DNA of 64,000 nucleotides from Terriglobia bacterium. GTDB lineage: Bacteria; Acidobacteriota; Terriglobia; Acidiferrales; UBA7541. This document shows, in pieces, positions 29,299 through 37,680 of the stretch (within the stretch, counting starts at the first letter, position 1; each line of letters starts with the position of its first letter). Made by a program: the position numbers and the translations under genes. A model generated the notes under the pieces. The model searched no databases. It was given only the letters and a program-made list of their open reading frames with translations, and was not told the origin of the DNA. The stretch covers positions 3,840,001 through 3,904,000 of the forward strand of contig OY968796.1 of NCBI GenBank assembly GCA_963695545.1. Reading direction: 5' to 3'.

Positions 29299-30336
29299 TC
29301 AGGGTGCGGTGCCGCGCTTCCGAGAGCCGCGCGTCTCGACAGCATTCTGTTGCAGTATTTTCCGTGACACCGGGCGCAATTCCTGGAGATGCTCGCGAAG
29401 GTAAGGCATTAGGTGTTGCTTTTTACTCTTCCCGCGCTTGGATGTCTCGTCGTCCGTCTGAGAATCGCCTGGAATCAATTCCGGATTGCGCGCGGCCACG
29501 CGACGATAAATGGAGCGCCACATTTTCTTGGTTGTGGAGAGTGAGATGCCCAGCTCGTCGCTCAAATTTTCGTCGGTTCCTCCGGCGAGCGCGGAAAGCA
29601 GCAATCGCTGTTCGCTGCGGCTGAAGCCGAAACGGGGCACTTCATGCACGAATATCAACCCGATCCAGGATATGGGTACGCCGCGAGCCAACTCGCCGGT
29701 GGTGCCCACGATGTGCGGTTTCGTCTTAAGTTCTTCCAGATTTGTCGCCCCAAAATCGCCATAGCCGCCATCCGGGCACTTGAATAGCCGTATGCCGGTG
29801 TTCCGTATTCCCTCGAGATGCTCCGCGCTCTCGCCTTGCGCTACCAACTCCTTCAAGAGATAACCACGGTGCTCGTCGAGGAACGTAGTCATGAGCTCTT
29901 GCCAAACCTCCACGCGCCTGATGTCCGCCATGCGCACGGTGGAGGCCCACACGGCAAGGTTCAATCCGCCCTTGGAATTCGCCTCGCGCACCTGCTTTTC
30001 GGATAGCAGGGGAGAATCGCCGCGCGCAACGCGTCTGGCCATCTCCGGGCAGATCCAAAAAAGAGGCGGTGTTTTCAGTTCGCGCAGGAAATCTTCGGAG
30101 ACGAAAACGGTGACGCCAACTCCGACGATTCGGGCTCGTGCTCGACGCGCTGCTTCTTCAACTTCTTCAAACACCATCGCCGAGCAGAATCCATCCGTGG
30201 AAAGCAAGCGGAGCCAGGCAGTGCGCAAATCCGTAAGCGAGCCGCCATAGCGCGGGCCGCCAACTGGATGGGCCGCGACGAGCTCGACGCACGCGAGGAC
30301 ATCCTTCGGCTGCATAGGCCTATGCCGAATGCTCAT
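29299..30336 (-). CDS. Putative transcriptional regulator, GNAT-like N-domain plus LuxR-type HTH (paralog 1)
   Basis: C-terminal FSRSEQRLLLSALAGGTDENLSDELGISLSTTKKMWRSIYRRV has LuxR/NarL HTH spacing; colinear with two paralogs in the window. Confidence 0.75.
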   Translation of the reverse strand: MSIRHRPMQPKDVLACVELVAAHPVGGPRYGGSLTDLRTAWLRLLSTDGFCSAMVFEEVEEAARRARARIVGVGVTVFVSEDFLRELKTPPLFWICPEMARRVARGDSPLLSEKQVREANSKGGLNLAVWASTVRMADIRRVEVWQELMTTFLDEHRGYLLKELVAQGESAEHLEGIRNTGIRLFKCPDGGYGDFGATNLEELKTKPHIVGTTGELARGVPISWIGLIFVHEVPRFGFSRSEQRLLLSALAGGTDENLSDELGISLSTTKKMWRSIYRRVAARNPELIPGDSQTDDETSKRGKSKKQHLMPYLREHLQELRPVSRKILQQNAVETRGSRKRGTAP

Positions 30337-30371
30337 GCCGGATACCAACCTACGGTTTACAGCGGGGACTT

Positions 30372-30417
30372 ACCGCTCTTTTAGAGGGCTTGTTTATATC
30401 ATGGCTTCGTAGATACT
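30372..30417. promoter_or_regulatory. Divergent promoter with palindromic operator (copy 1)
   Basis: GCTCTTT-T-AGAGGGC (30375-30389), then TTGTTT-N16-GATACT; minus-strand TGATATAAA. Confidence 0.7.
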
Positions 30418-30448
30418 TCCACAACCCGCGAACTCGCTGGAGGTTACC

Positions 30449-31186
30449 ATGAAGGCCAAGCCAATTCTGAAACGCTGGGCGGTATTGCCAGGCATCCCCG
30501 CCATACTATTGGTGATCGGTTTATATACGCCCACCTCTCGTGCAAGTTCCGTTCCCCTCTGCGCCGAAACCGGATTCGAGCAGGCTGGCGAGTCTGGCTC
30601 AGCCGTGGTGGGCTCGTCGGCATCCGACGGAATGGGCGACACGGCTACGACGACTCCGAATTCCGTTACGGCGACCTCTTCAAATGCGAGCTCGGGCGCG
30701 TCGATTACATACTGCTTCGATGTAAGCGCGACAGCTGATGCGCCTGCGACATCGGTATACGTGGACATCGCGGCTTCCGCTACGGCCTCGGCCGCCGGGG
30801 GTGGGCCAAGCGCGCTAGCACTCGTGGATATCGGCGGGTTCGACAATTTGTCAGGCGTGGTAGCGTACGACAGTACTGATACACCAGAAGAGGCCACCGA
30901 TGATCAGTACTTGCTGGCTGTCGGTGCCGAGTACGACCTCGTAGTCACCGCATCCGCGAGCGGGGCGGGTGAGGGAGGCGCAACCGCGGAGGCCGATCCG
31001 TATATATATGTCGATCAAACCTTGAATGCGGACCCGGGAGACTATTCCATTGACGTGAGCGCAGGCGTTTCAAATGTGCCCCTTACGCCGCCGCCCGCAA
31101 ACGCACCGGAGCCGGGCAGCGCAGGCCTGCTTGGCGTAGGGCTGCTAGGGATTGTGTTCGCGGGACGGAAGCGGCTAATTGCGTAG
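30449..31186 (+). CDS. PEP-CTERM sorting domain protein
   Basis: GGAGG RBS, signal peptide, acidic body, APEPGSAGLLGVGLLGIVFAGRKR. Confidence 0.9.
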   Translation: MKAKPILKRWAVLPGIPAILLVIGLYTPTSRASSVPLCAETGFEQAGESGSAVVGSSASDGMGDTATTTPNSVTATSSNASSGASITYCFDVSATADAPATSVYVDIAASATASAAGGGPSALALVDIGGFDNLSGVVAYDSTDTPEEATDDQYLLAVGAEYDLVVTASASGAGEGGATAEADPYIYVDQTLNADPGDYSIDVSAGVSNVPLTPPPANAPEPGSAGLLGVGLLGIVFAGRKRLIA

Positions 31187-31197
31187 TACTCGGAAGT

Positions 31198-31241
31198 GGA
31201 GGCCTCCGCCACGGCGGACAGGTCTAGGCCTCCGCTACATA
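31198..31241. repeat. GTAG-type REP carrying a 20-nt nested insertion
   Basis: GGAGG[CCTCCGCCACGGCGGACAGG]TCTAGGCCTCCGCTACATA. Confidence 0.7.
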
Positions 31242-31273
31242 AACCTATGGGAGCAGCGCGGACGGCGCGAGGA

Positions 31274-33949
31274 TCATGGCTTTAGATCGGAGGGCCAATT
31301 CGTGACGACGGCGATGGGAGAAATGGCTTGCTGCGCTACGGGGGTGACGGCGAGAAAGCGCTGGCCGTCTGGGGTCACAACGTAGGTGGTGGGCTGAAAG
31401 GCACCGGACAGAAAATCCGCTTCGAAGAGAGGCTTGGGCGTGCCCGCTTCAAACTGGGGGCCATCAGTGGTCACGTCCACAGCCATCATCTTGTCGCCGG
31501 AAAGGAAGAAGAGCTCCTTGCCGTCGCGCCGCCACTGGGGGTGCTGTCCCCCAGCGGCGGAGACCTGCCATTTGCCGGTGCGATCTGGAAACGTCTGGAC
31601 GTAAATCTGGTAGGTTCCCGACTCGTCTGAGATGTAGGCGATGTAACGGCCATTGGGCGAGAAGAACGCTTCCCTGGTGTTGTACGCGGCCTGTACAAAG
31701 GGAATGGGCTTGCGGTCGCCGAAGAGCGGCAAAATCCAGAGATTGGCCGGCAAAACCGTGGTGTCGTACACAACGTAGCGACCATCGGACGACCAGTCAT
31801 TCACGCTCTTCTGCTGATCCTTGGATGCGAAGACAATCTGGGAATCGCCGATGCCGTTGGCCGCTTTCTCGTAAATATCCCGATTGCCGGTTTGTGTTGA
31901 ACTGAACAGAATTTGGCTGCCGCCCGGGGACCAAAGCGGGCTGATTTCGTCGGTAGGATCAAACGTAAATCTGGAAGCCGTGGCCCGCTTCAAATCGAAA
32001 AGCCAAATATCGCGCGTGCTCAAATGCGGATCGGCGATATCCACGGCGAGTCGATCTCCGTCCGGCGAAAGGGCCGGGCAGCAGTAAGCGGCGGGCTGCC
32101 CGAGCGTCCCGAGCTTCTTCCCGCTTCGATCAAACCACTGGAGCTCGGTCTGACTGGTCGCTCCCGCAGGAATGTAGGTCAGGATGCCGTTCTGAGAAGC
32201 CGAAAAAGACTGCGCGGTGTCAGGTCCAAGTTGCACGTAGGGATTGACGCCCTCGGCGATGGGGACGGCATCGCCTGTGGTCACCAGGCGCTGGGCATCG
32301 AAGGGCTGAGCCATCAAGGTCTCGCCGCGGGTATAGAGCAGATCGCCCGGAGGGGCGTATTCGGCGCCTCCGTCGGCGTTCAGCAAGCATTTCGTTTCGC
32401 TTGAGTCGAGCGAGCCAACACAGAGCCACGGTTCGTTGAGTGCGGTGGAGCGAATGGAGGCGTAGAGGAAATGGCGACCGTCCGGCAGGAACCAAGGGTA
32501 TGCCTGCGAGATTTCCCGGACCGATCGATCAAGCGTGGTGAAAGGGACGGGCTCGCCGCCGGCATCGGGAACTTTCACGAGTGGGCCGCCGAGACTGAGG
32601 ACAATCACGCCATCGCTGTTCCAGCTTGCGCCAAATCCTCCCACTGCGTCGCAGAGCGTCTGCGGGGTTCCGCCCGAGACTGCCACCTTCTTGAGCGTAG
32701 CTCCGTCAAAAAAGCCCAGGTAATGGCTGTCGGGCGACCAAAAAGGGCGACGCGCACCGTCGGTTCCCGCCAGCGGCTGCGCGGCGACATTATTGAGCGC
32801 GCGCAACCATAGTTGGCGGGTTCCGTCCTTGGTGAGGGCTGTAAAGGCCAAGAGACGGCCGTCGGGCGAGAGGCTTACTGCTCCCCAAGTCGCATCCTCG
32901 GACGGGAGGGAGAAGAGGAAGCGGGTGACGCTGGGTTTGGGCTGGTTGAGGTACGGACGAAGGTACACAAAGACCAGGGCCGCGGCGACGAGCAGCGCCG
33001 CGCAGGCGGTCGCGGCCAGCGCCCATGCGATTCTTTCGCGGCTGCGACGGTGGGCGACGACGGGCGCGGCGACGCCGGCTTGCGAGCCGGCTTCGGAGAT
33101 CCATTTCAATTCGTCGCGAAGGTCTCCGGCCGATTGCCAGCGATCGTCGGGATCTTTCGCGAGACATTTCTTCACGACGCGGTCGAGCGCGGGCGGCGTC
33201 ATGGGTTGAAGCGAGGAGATGGGCGGCGGATCGACCTCAAGAATTTTCGCGATCAAACTGGCTTGACTCTTGCCCTCGAAGGCTTTTTTGCCCGTGGCCA
33301 TCTCGTAGATCACGGTGCCGAATGAGAAGATGTCCGTGCGCGCGTCTGCTTCCCTGCTTTCGAGTTGCTCGGGCGCCATGTATTGCAGCGTGCCGACGAT
33401 GGTGCCTTCGGCGGTGATCGGACGATCGACAGCGGGCAACGTGGTGAGCGTGGCCGACGTCACGGCCGTTTCGCGCGTGAGTTTCGCCAGCCCGAAATCG
33501 AGCAGCTTCACGCCGGATTTGGTGAGCATGATGTTGCCAGGTTTCAGATCGCGATGGGTGATGCCGTTGCGGTGGGCTTTGTCGAGAGCGTCGGCGATTT
33601 CGATGGCGTACTGCAACACTTGCTCGGCGGGGAGCGGGCCTTTGAGGAGGCGCTGCGCGAGCGTTTCGCCTTCGACGAGCTCCATGACCAGATAGTCTGT
33701 GCCGGCCTCGCGGCCGATATCGTGGAGCGTGCAAATGTGCGGATGATTCAGGCTGGCGATGGTGCGGGCTTCGCGCTCGAAGCGCTCGCGCAAATCGGGG
33801 CGGTCGGCGAGATGCGGCGGCAAGACTTTGATGGCTACGACTCGGTCGAGGCGAGAGTCGCGGGCGCGATAGACTTCTCCCATGCCGCCAGCTCCGAGCG
33901 GAGCGACGATTTCGTAGGGACCTAGTTTCGTGCCATTCGCGAGGGGCAT
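31274..33949 (-). CDS. Hanks-type Ser/Thr protein kinase with TM segment and TolB-like (PD40) beta-propeller repeats
   Basis: LGAGGMGEVY, VAIKVL, HRDLKPGN, DFGLAK, GTLQYMAPE, TM, repeated (W/L/F)SPDG motifs. Confidence 0.95.
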   Translation of the reverse strand: MPLANGTKLGPYEIVAPLGAGGMGEVYRARDSRLDRVVAIKVLPPHLADRPDLRERFEREARTIASLNHPHICTLHDIGREAGTDYLVMELVEGETLAQRLLKGPLPAEQVLQYAIEIADALDKAHRNGITHRDLKPGNIMLTKSGVKLLDFGLAKLTRETAVTSATLTTLPAVDRPITAEGTIVGTLQYMAPEQLESREADARTDIFSFGTVIYEMATGKKAFEGKSQASLIAKILEVDPPPISSLQPMTPPALDRVVKKCLAKDPDDRWQSAGDLRDELKWISEAGSQAGVAAPVVAHRRSRERIAWALAATACAALLVAAALVFVYLRPYLNQPKPSVTRFLFSLPSEDATWGAVSLSPDGRLLAFTALTKDGTRQLWLRALNNVAAQPLAGTDGARRPFWSPDSHYLGFFDGATLKKVAVSGGTPQTLCDAVGGFGASWNSDGVIVLSLGGPLVKVPDAGGEPVPFTTLDRSVREISQAYPWFLPDGRHFLYASIRSTALNEPWLCVGSLDSSETKCLLNADGGAEYAPPGDLLYTRGETLMAQPFDAQRLVTTGDAVPIAEGVNPYVQLGPDTAQSFSASQNGILTYIPAGATSQTELQWFDRSGKKLGTLGQPAAYCCPALSPDGDRLAVDIADPHLSTRDIWLFDLKRATASRFTFDPTDEISPLWSPGGSQILFSSTQTGNRDIYEKAANGIGDSQIVFASKDQQKSVNDWSSDGRYVVYDTTVLPANLWILPLFGDRKPIPFVQAAYNTREAFFSPNGRYIAYISDESGTYQIYVQTFPDRTGKWQVSAAGGQHPQWRRDGKELFFLSGDKMMAVDVTTDGPQFEAGTPKPLFEADFLSGAFQPTTYVVTPDGQRFLAVTPVAQQAISPIAVVTNWPSDLKP

Positions 33950-34066
33950 TGGTTGGACGCAGTATACGCCGGAAGAATTATGCCGGCGCGATAAACCGAT
34001 GCGCGCGCGGATTGGGGCGGAGGAGTTCAAGCATTCAGGCGTGGTGGCTCTTGCGCGCAAAAACAA

Positions 34067-34095
34067 GATGGAGGCCTGAAGGCCTCCGCTACATA
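34067..34095. repeat. GTAG-type REP
   Basis: GATGGAGGCCTGAAGGCCTCCGCTACATA, identical to 14107-14135. Confidence 0.85.
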
Positions 34096-34184
34096 AGACC
34101 GTGCGACGTTACTTTGTAATCGTCCCGTGGTTTAGTGGGCGCGGGCTGCGTCACGAGGTGGTTTGGCGCCGCAGCTTTCGATTC

Positions 34185-35201
34185 TTAGGGACGCGGCGAT
34201 GGCGCGGCGACGCGACCGATGAGTTTTCGCGAAAAGGGGCGCAGTTCCTGAAGATGCTCGCGCAGGTAAACCACGAGACGCTGCTTCTTGCCCCTTCCGC
34301 GCTTGGATGTTGCTTCGCCCGACTGGGAGTCGCTGGGGACCAATTCCGGATTGATCGCGGCTACCCGGCGGTAGATCGAGATCCACATTTTCTTGGTTGC
34401 GGAGAGCGAGACACCCAGCTCGTCGCTCAATTCCTCGTCGGTTCCTCCGGCGAGCGCGGAGAGCAGCAATCGCTGCTCGCTGGGGCGGAATGCGAAGCGT
34501 GGGGGCTCGAAGAGAAAGAGATAGCCGATCCAGGTTCCGAGCTGCTTTTGGGCGATCTCACGAGTGAGGCCGGAGATGTGGGGCCGCGAGAGAATGTCCT
34601 GAAGATCTTGTTCCTCGAAAGCGCCATAGCCGCCGTGCGCGGAATTCCACATGCGGCCGCCGGTGTTGCGCATCCCGATCAAGTGCTCCGGGCTGTCGGC
34701 TTGGCCTACCAATTCCTTCAAGCGAAAGCCGCGGTGATCGTTGAAGAACGCGGCCATGAGCTCGGCCCCTACTTCCGCGCGCTTAACATCTTCGCCGCGA
34801 ATGCAAACGTGCCACATCACAAGATTCAGGCCGCCCCGCGAATTCGCTTCACAAACTTGCTTTTCGGAGAGTAGCGGAGAATCGCCGCGAATCACGCGCC
34901 TGGCCAGTTCAGGGCCAATCCAAAAGGATGGCGGCGTTTTCACTTCGCGCAGGAAATCGTCGGAGGCGAAAACGGAGGCGCCGACGCCGAGCAGCCGCGG
35001 CCGCGCGCGGACGGCTCCTTCGTCAACTTCTTCAAACACCGATGTGCCGCAGAAACCGTTGGAGCGAAGCAAATGAAGCCAGGCCGGGGCTAAATCCGCG
35101 ATGGATTTGGAGTATCGCGGTCCGACAACGGGATCCGCGGCGACGATTGCGACGCACTCACGGACATCGTTCGGGCGCATGGGGCGGTGCCGAATGCTCA
35201 T
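34185..35201 (-). CDS. Putative transcriptional regulator, GNAT-like plus LuxR-type HTH (paralog 2)
   Basis: MSIRHRPM..; FRPSEQRLLLSALAGGTDEELSDELGVSLSATKKMWISIYRRV. Confidence 0.75.
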   Translation of the reverse strand: MSIRHRPMRPNDVRECVAIVAADPVVGPRYSKSIADLAPAWLHLLRSNGFCGTSVFEEVDEGAVRARPRLLGVGASVFASDDFLREVKTPPSFWIGPELARRVIRGDSPLLSEKQVCEANSRGGLNLVMWHVCIRGEDVKRAEVGAELMAAFFNDHRGFRLKELVGQADSPEHLIGMRNTGGRMWNSAHGGYGAFEEQDLQDILSRPHISGLTREIAQKQLGTWIGYLFLFEPPRFAFRPSEQRLLLSALAGGTDEELSDELGVSLSATKKMWISIYRRVAAINPELVPSDSQSGEATSKRGRGKKQRLVVYLREHLQELRPFSRKLIGRVAAPSPRP

Positions 35202-35259
35202 GTGCAGATCCCAAGCTCCATTTGGCGGCTAGTGGTACCAGGACTCATGCTGCGCGCGC

Positions 35260-35305
35260 ACTGCCCTTTTAGACCGCTTGTTTATAGCATCCTGCTATGC
35301 ATAAT
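35260..35305. promoter_or_regulatory. Divergent promoter with palindromic operator (copy 2)
   Basis: GCCCTTT-T-AGACCGC (35263-35277), TTGTTT-N16-CATAAT; minus-strand TGCTATAAA. Confidence 0.7.
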
Positions 35306-35384
35306 TCCACAATTCACGTTCTCAGTAATTGGCGACGGTGTGGCGATCCCCGCGCGGCACCCTCGAATGTTCACTGGAGGATCA

Positions 35385-36293
35385 ATGACAGCGGAATCGG
35401 AGCTTCATCAGCATTCGCGTCGCGAAGGCCAGCGGCAAACAGCGAAAGAAATTGCCACGCGACACGCATCGCCACGCTTGGCGCTGTTCACTTTGCTGGC
35501 AATCGCCGTGGCGCTGGCGGCCCCGTGCGCATCGCGCGCGGATGATTTGCCGGCGGCCACACTCGGGCAGGTGATGCAAACTATAACCCCGTACCCGCCG
35601 GGCCCAATCCTCGAAGGTCCCGGCCTGTCGAGCTTCTCCTTGACCAACCCGGGGTTTGAAGGAGGGACCGCCACAGCTACCACCTATGCGTCCTATGCTG
35701 ACGGGACGGCGACGATTGTGGGAAGCGGCACAACGTCGGGGGAGGCAAACGTGCCAGAGATCACGGCGACGGTCGGAGTGAGTTACTCCTTCGAGATCGT
35801 CGGCCCGGAAAGCGACGTGGAAGTGCCGATCATCATCTCCGCAAGCGCGAGCACTTCGGTCACCGGCAAAGGGTCCGCGACCGTAAACACCGCCGTCGGT
35901 GGCGATGTACTTAGCGGCGGGGGTACCCTCAACGCTTGCTCCGAGGTAGGCTTTTCGGCTTGCACTTACCCGTCGTCCTTTTCAGGATCGATCGACGCTG
36001 TCGTTTATTCGAATGACCCAGAGTATTCCATTAACATTGACGCCTCCGGAATGGGATACGATACGAGCTCTTGGACCTTTTCTGCCGATCCTTCGATCGA
36101 GATAGACCCAAGCTTCGCGGACGCGGACGAATACTCGATCGTATACAGCGCCGACGATGCGGCTTCAACCGGGCCGCCGACACCGCCCCCGACTACTGCG
36201 CCAGAGCCTTCGGGCCTCGCCATGCTTGGAATTGGCTTGCTCGCTCTGGTGGGTTTGAAGCTCTCGAAACTCGAAGCGCGCGCCGAAGCGTGA
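35385..36293 (+). CDS. PEP-CTERM sorting domain protein
   Basis: GGAGG RBS at the 35385 ATG, extended signal peptide (..CASRA/DD), APEPSGLAMLGIGLLALVGLKLSK. Confidence 0.88.
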   Translation: MTAESELHQHSRREGQRQTAKEIATRHASPRLALFTLLAIAVALAAPCASRADDLPAATLGQVMQTITPYPPGPILEGPGLSSFSLTNPGFEGGTATATTYASYADGTATIVGSGTTSGEANVPEITATVGVSYSFEIVGPESDVEVPIIISASASTSVTGKGSATVNTAVGGDVLSGGGTLNACSEVGFSACTYPSSFSGSIDAVVYSNDPEYSINIDASGMGYDTSSWTFSADPSIEIDPSFADADEYSIVYSADDAASTGPPTPPPTTAPEPSGLAMLGIGLLALVGLKLSKLEARAEA

Positions 36294-36371
36294 CGAATAT
36301 TCGTGCCGTGCCGCGATTTGGTCGCGTTGGGCGCCCGGCGCGAATCTAGCGGGAATCCGCCACCAACTCGT

Positions 36372-37418
36372 TCAAATGAAGTCCGATGCAGTTCTATCCT
36401 GGTCGCAGCTTCGCTCGCGCGCGGTGTTCTCTTGCAGTATTTTTCGCGAAACCGGGCGCAGTTCTTGGCGATGCTCGCGGAGATAGGCGATCAGGCGTTG
36501 CTTCTTATTCTTCCCGCGCTTGGATGCCTCTCCGTTGGCCTGCGAATCGCTGGGGACTAATTCCGGATTGATTGCGGCTACGCGGCGGTAGATGGAGCGC
36601 CACATCTTCCTAATTGTGGAAAGCGAGACGCCCAACTGGTCGCTCAATTGCTCGTCGATTCCGCCGGCGAGCGCGGCAAGCAACAATCGCTGCTCGCTTG
36701 TGCTAAAGCCGAAACGCGGCGGCTCGTAAAGAAAAAGAGAACCGACCCATGAGCCGAGTTGCGTTTGCGCTATCTCGCGCGTGTACCCGGAAATGTGCGG
36801 CTCCCTAACGATTTCGTGCAGGTTTTCCCCATCGAAATCGGTATAGCAGCCGTCCGAAGATCTCAACAGGCGCCCACCGCTGCCCCGCATACCCTCCAAG
36901 TGCTCCGGGCTTTCGCCATGCGCCACCAGCTCGTTCAAAAGGAAACCGCGGTGCTCATCGAGGAACGCCGTCATCAGTTCGGCCCAAACATCTGCACGCT
37001 TAATATCTTCCACGCGGATACACGCTTGCCACACGGCAAGGTTGAGGCCGCCGCGCGCATTTGCGTCGCGCACCTGCTTTTCGGAAAGCAGCGGAGAATC
37101 GCCGCGCATCACGCGTTTCACCAACTCGGGACCGATCCAGAGGAATGGCGGGGTTTTCAATTCGCGGAGAAAATCGTCGGAAACAAATACGGTGACGCCG
37201 ACCCCGAGCAATCGAGCGCGAGCGCGGCCCGCGGCTTCGTCGATTTCTTCGAACACGACGGCAGAACAAAAACCGTTGGAGGAAAGCAACCGAAGCCAAG
37301 CGGGGCGCAGTTCTGCGAGCGCGTCGCCATAGCGCGGCGCGACAATTGGGTGCGACGCGACGATCTCGACGCACTCGCGGACATCCTTCGGCCGCATGGG
37401 GCGATGCCGGATGCTCAT
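36372..37418 (-). CDS. Putative transcriptional regulator, GNAT-like plus LuxR-type HTH (paralog 3)
   Basis: MSIRHRPM..; FSTSEQRLLLAALAGGIDEQLSDQLGVSLSTIRKMWRSIYRRV. Confidence 0.75.
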   Translation of the reverse strand: MSIRHRPMRPKDVRECVEIVASHPIVAPRYGDALAELRPAWLRLLSSNGFCSAVVFEEIDEAAGRARARLLGVGVTVFVSDDFLRELKTPPFLWIGPELVKRVMRGDSPLLSEKQVRDANARGGLNLAVWQACIRVEDIKRADVWAELMTAFLDEHRGFLLNELVAHGESPEHLEGMRGSGGRLLRSSDGCYTDFDGENLHEIVREPHISGYTREIAQTQLGSWVGSLFLYEPPRFGFSTSEQRLLLAALAGGIDEQLSDQLGVSLSTIRKMWRSIYRRVAAINPELVPSDSQANGEASKRGKNKKQRLIAYLREHRQELRPVSRKILQENTARERSCDQDRTASDFI

Positions 37419-37482
37419 GGACGGATCCCACGCCCGGTCCAGGTACTAGACGTACTAGAAATGCTCCAGGCCGATGCGCCTT

Positions 37483-37528
37483 ACTGCCCTCTAAGAGGTC
37501 TTGCTTATAGCACTCTCCGTTGCATAAT
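37483..37528. promoter_or_regulatory. Divergent promoter with palindromic operator (copy 3)
   Basis: GCCCTCT-A-AGAGGTC (37486-37500), TTGCTT-N16-CATAAT; minus-strand TGCTATAAG. Confidence 0.7.
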
Positions 37529-37680
37529 TCCAACAATTCACCATTTCCAAACGCGCTACGGTGCGGCGAAAGCGAATGGCAAAAGATTCCGCGGCGTAGA
37601 TGGAATTGTTTCGGGTTGCTCGGAGGAAGTGAAATCGGATGAGGATTATATTTAGCAGCTCAAGTTAAGGAGCCACGACG

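Noticed and set aside
30337..30448. Sigma54/PrsR-type control of the PEP-CTERM genes
   Set aside because: No convincing conserved TGGC-N8-TGC element across the three spacers; the conserved features are sigma70-like boxes plus a dyad. No exosortase or prsK/prsR gene is in the window.
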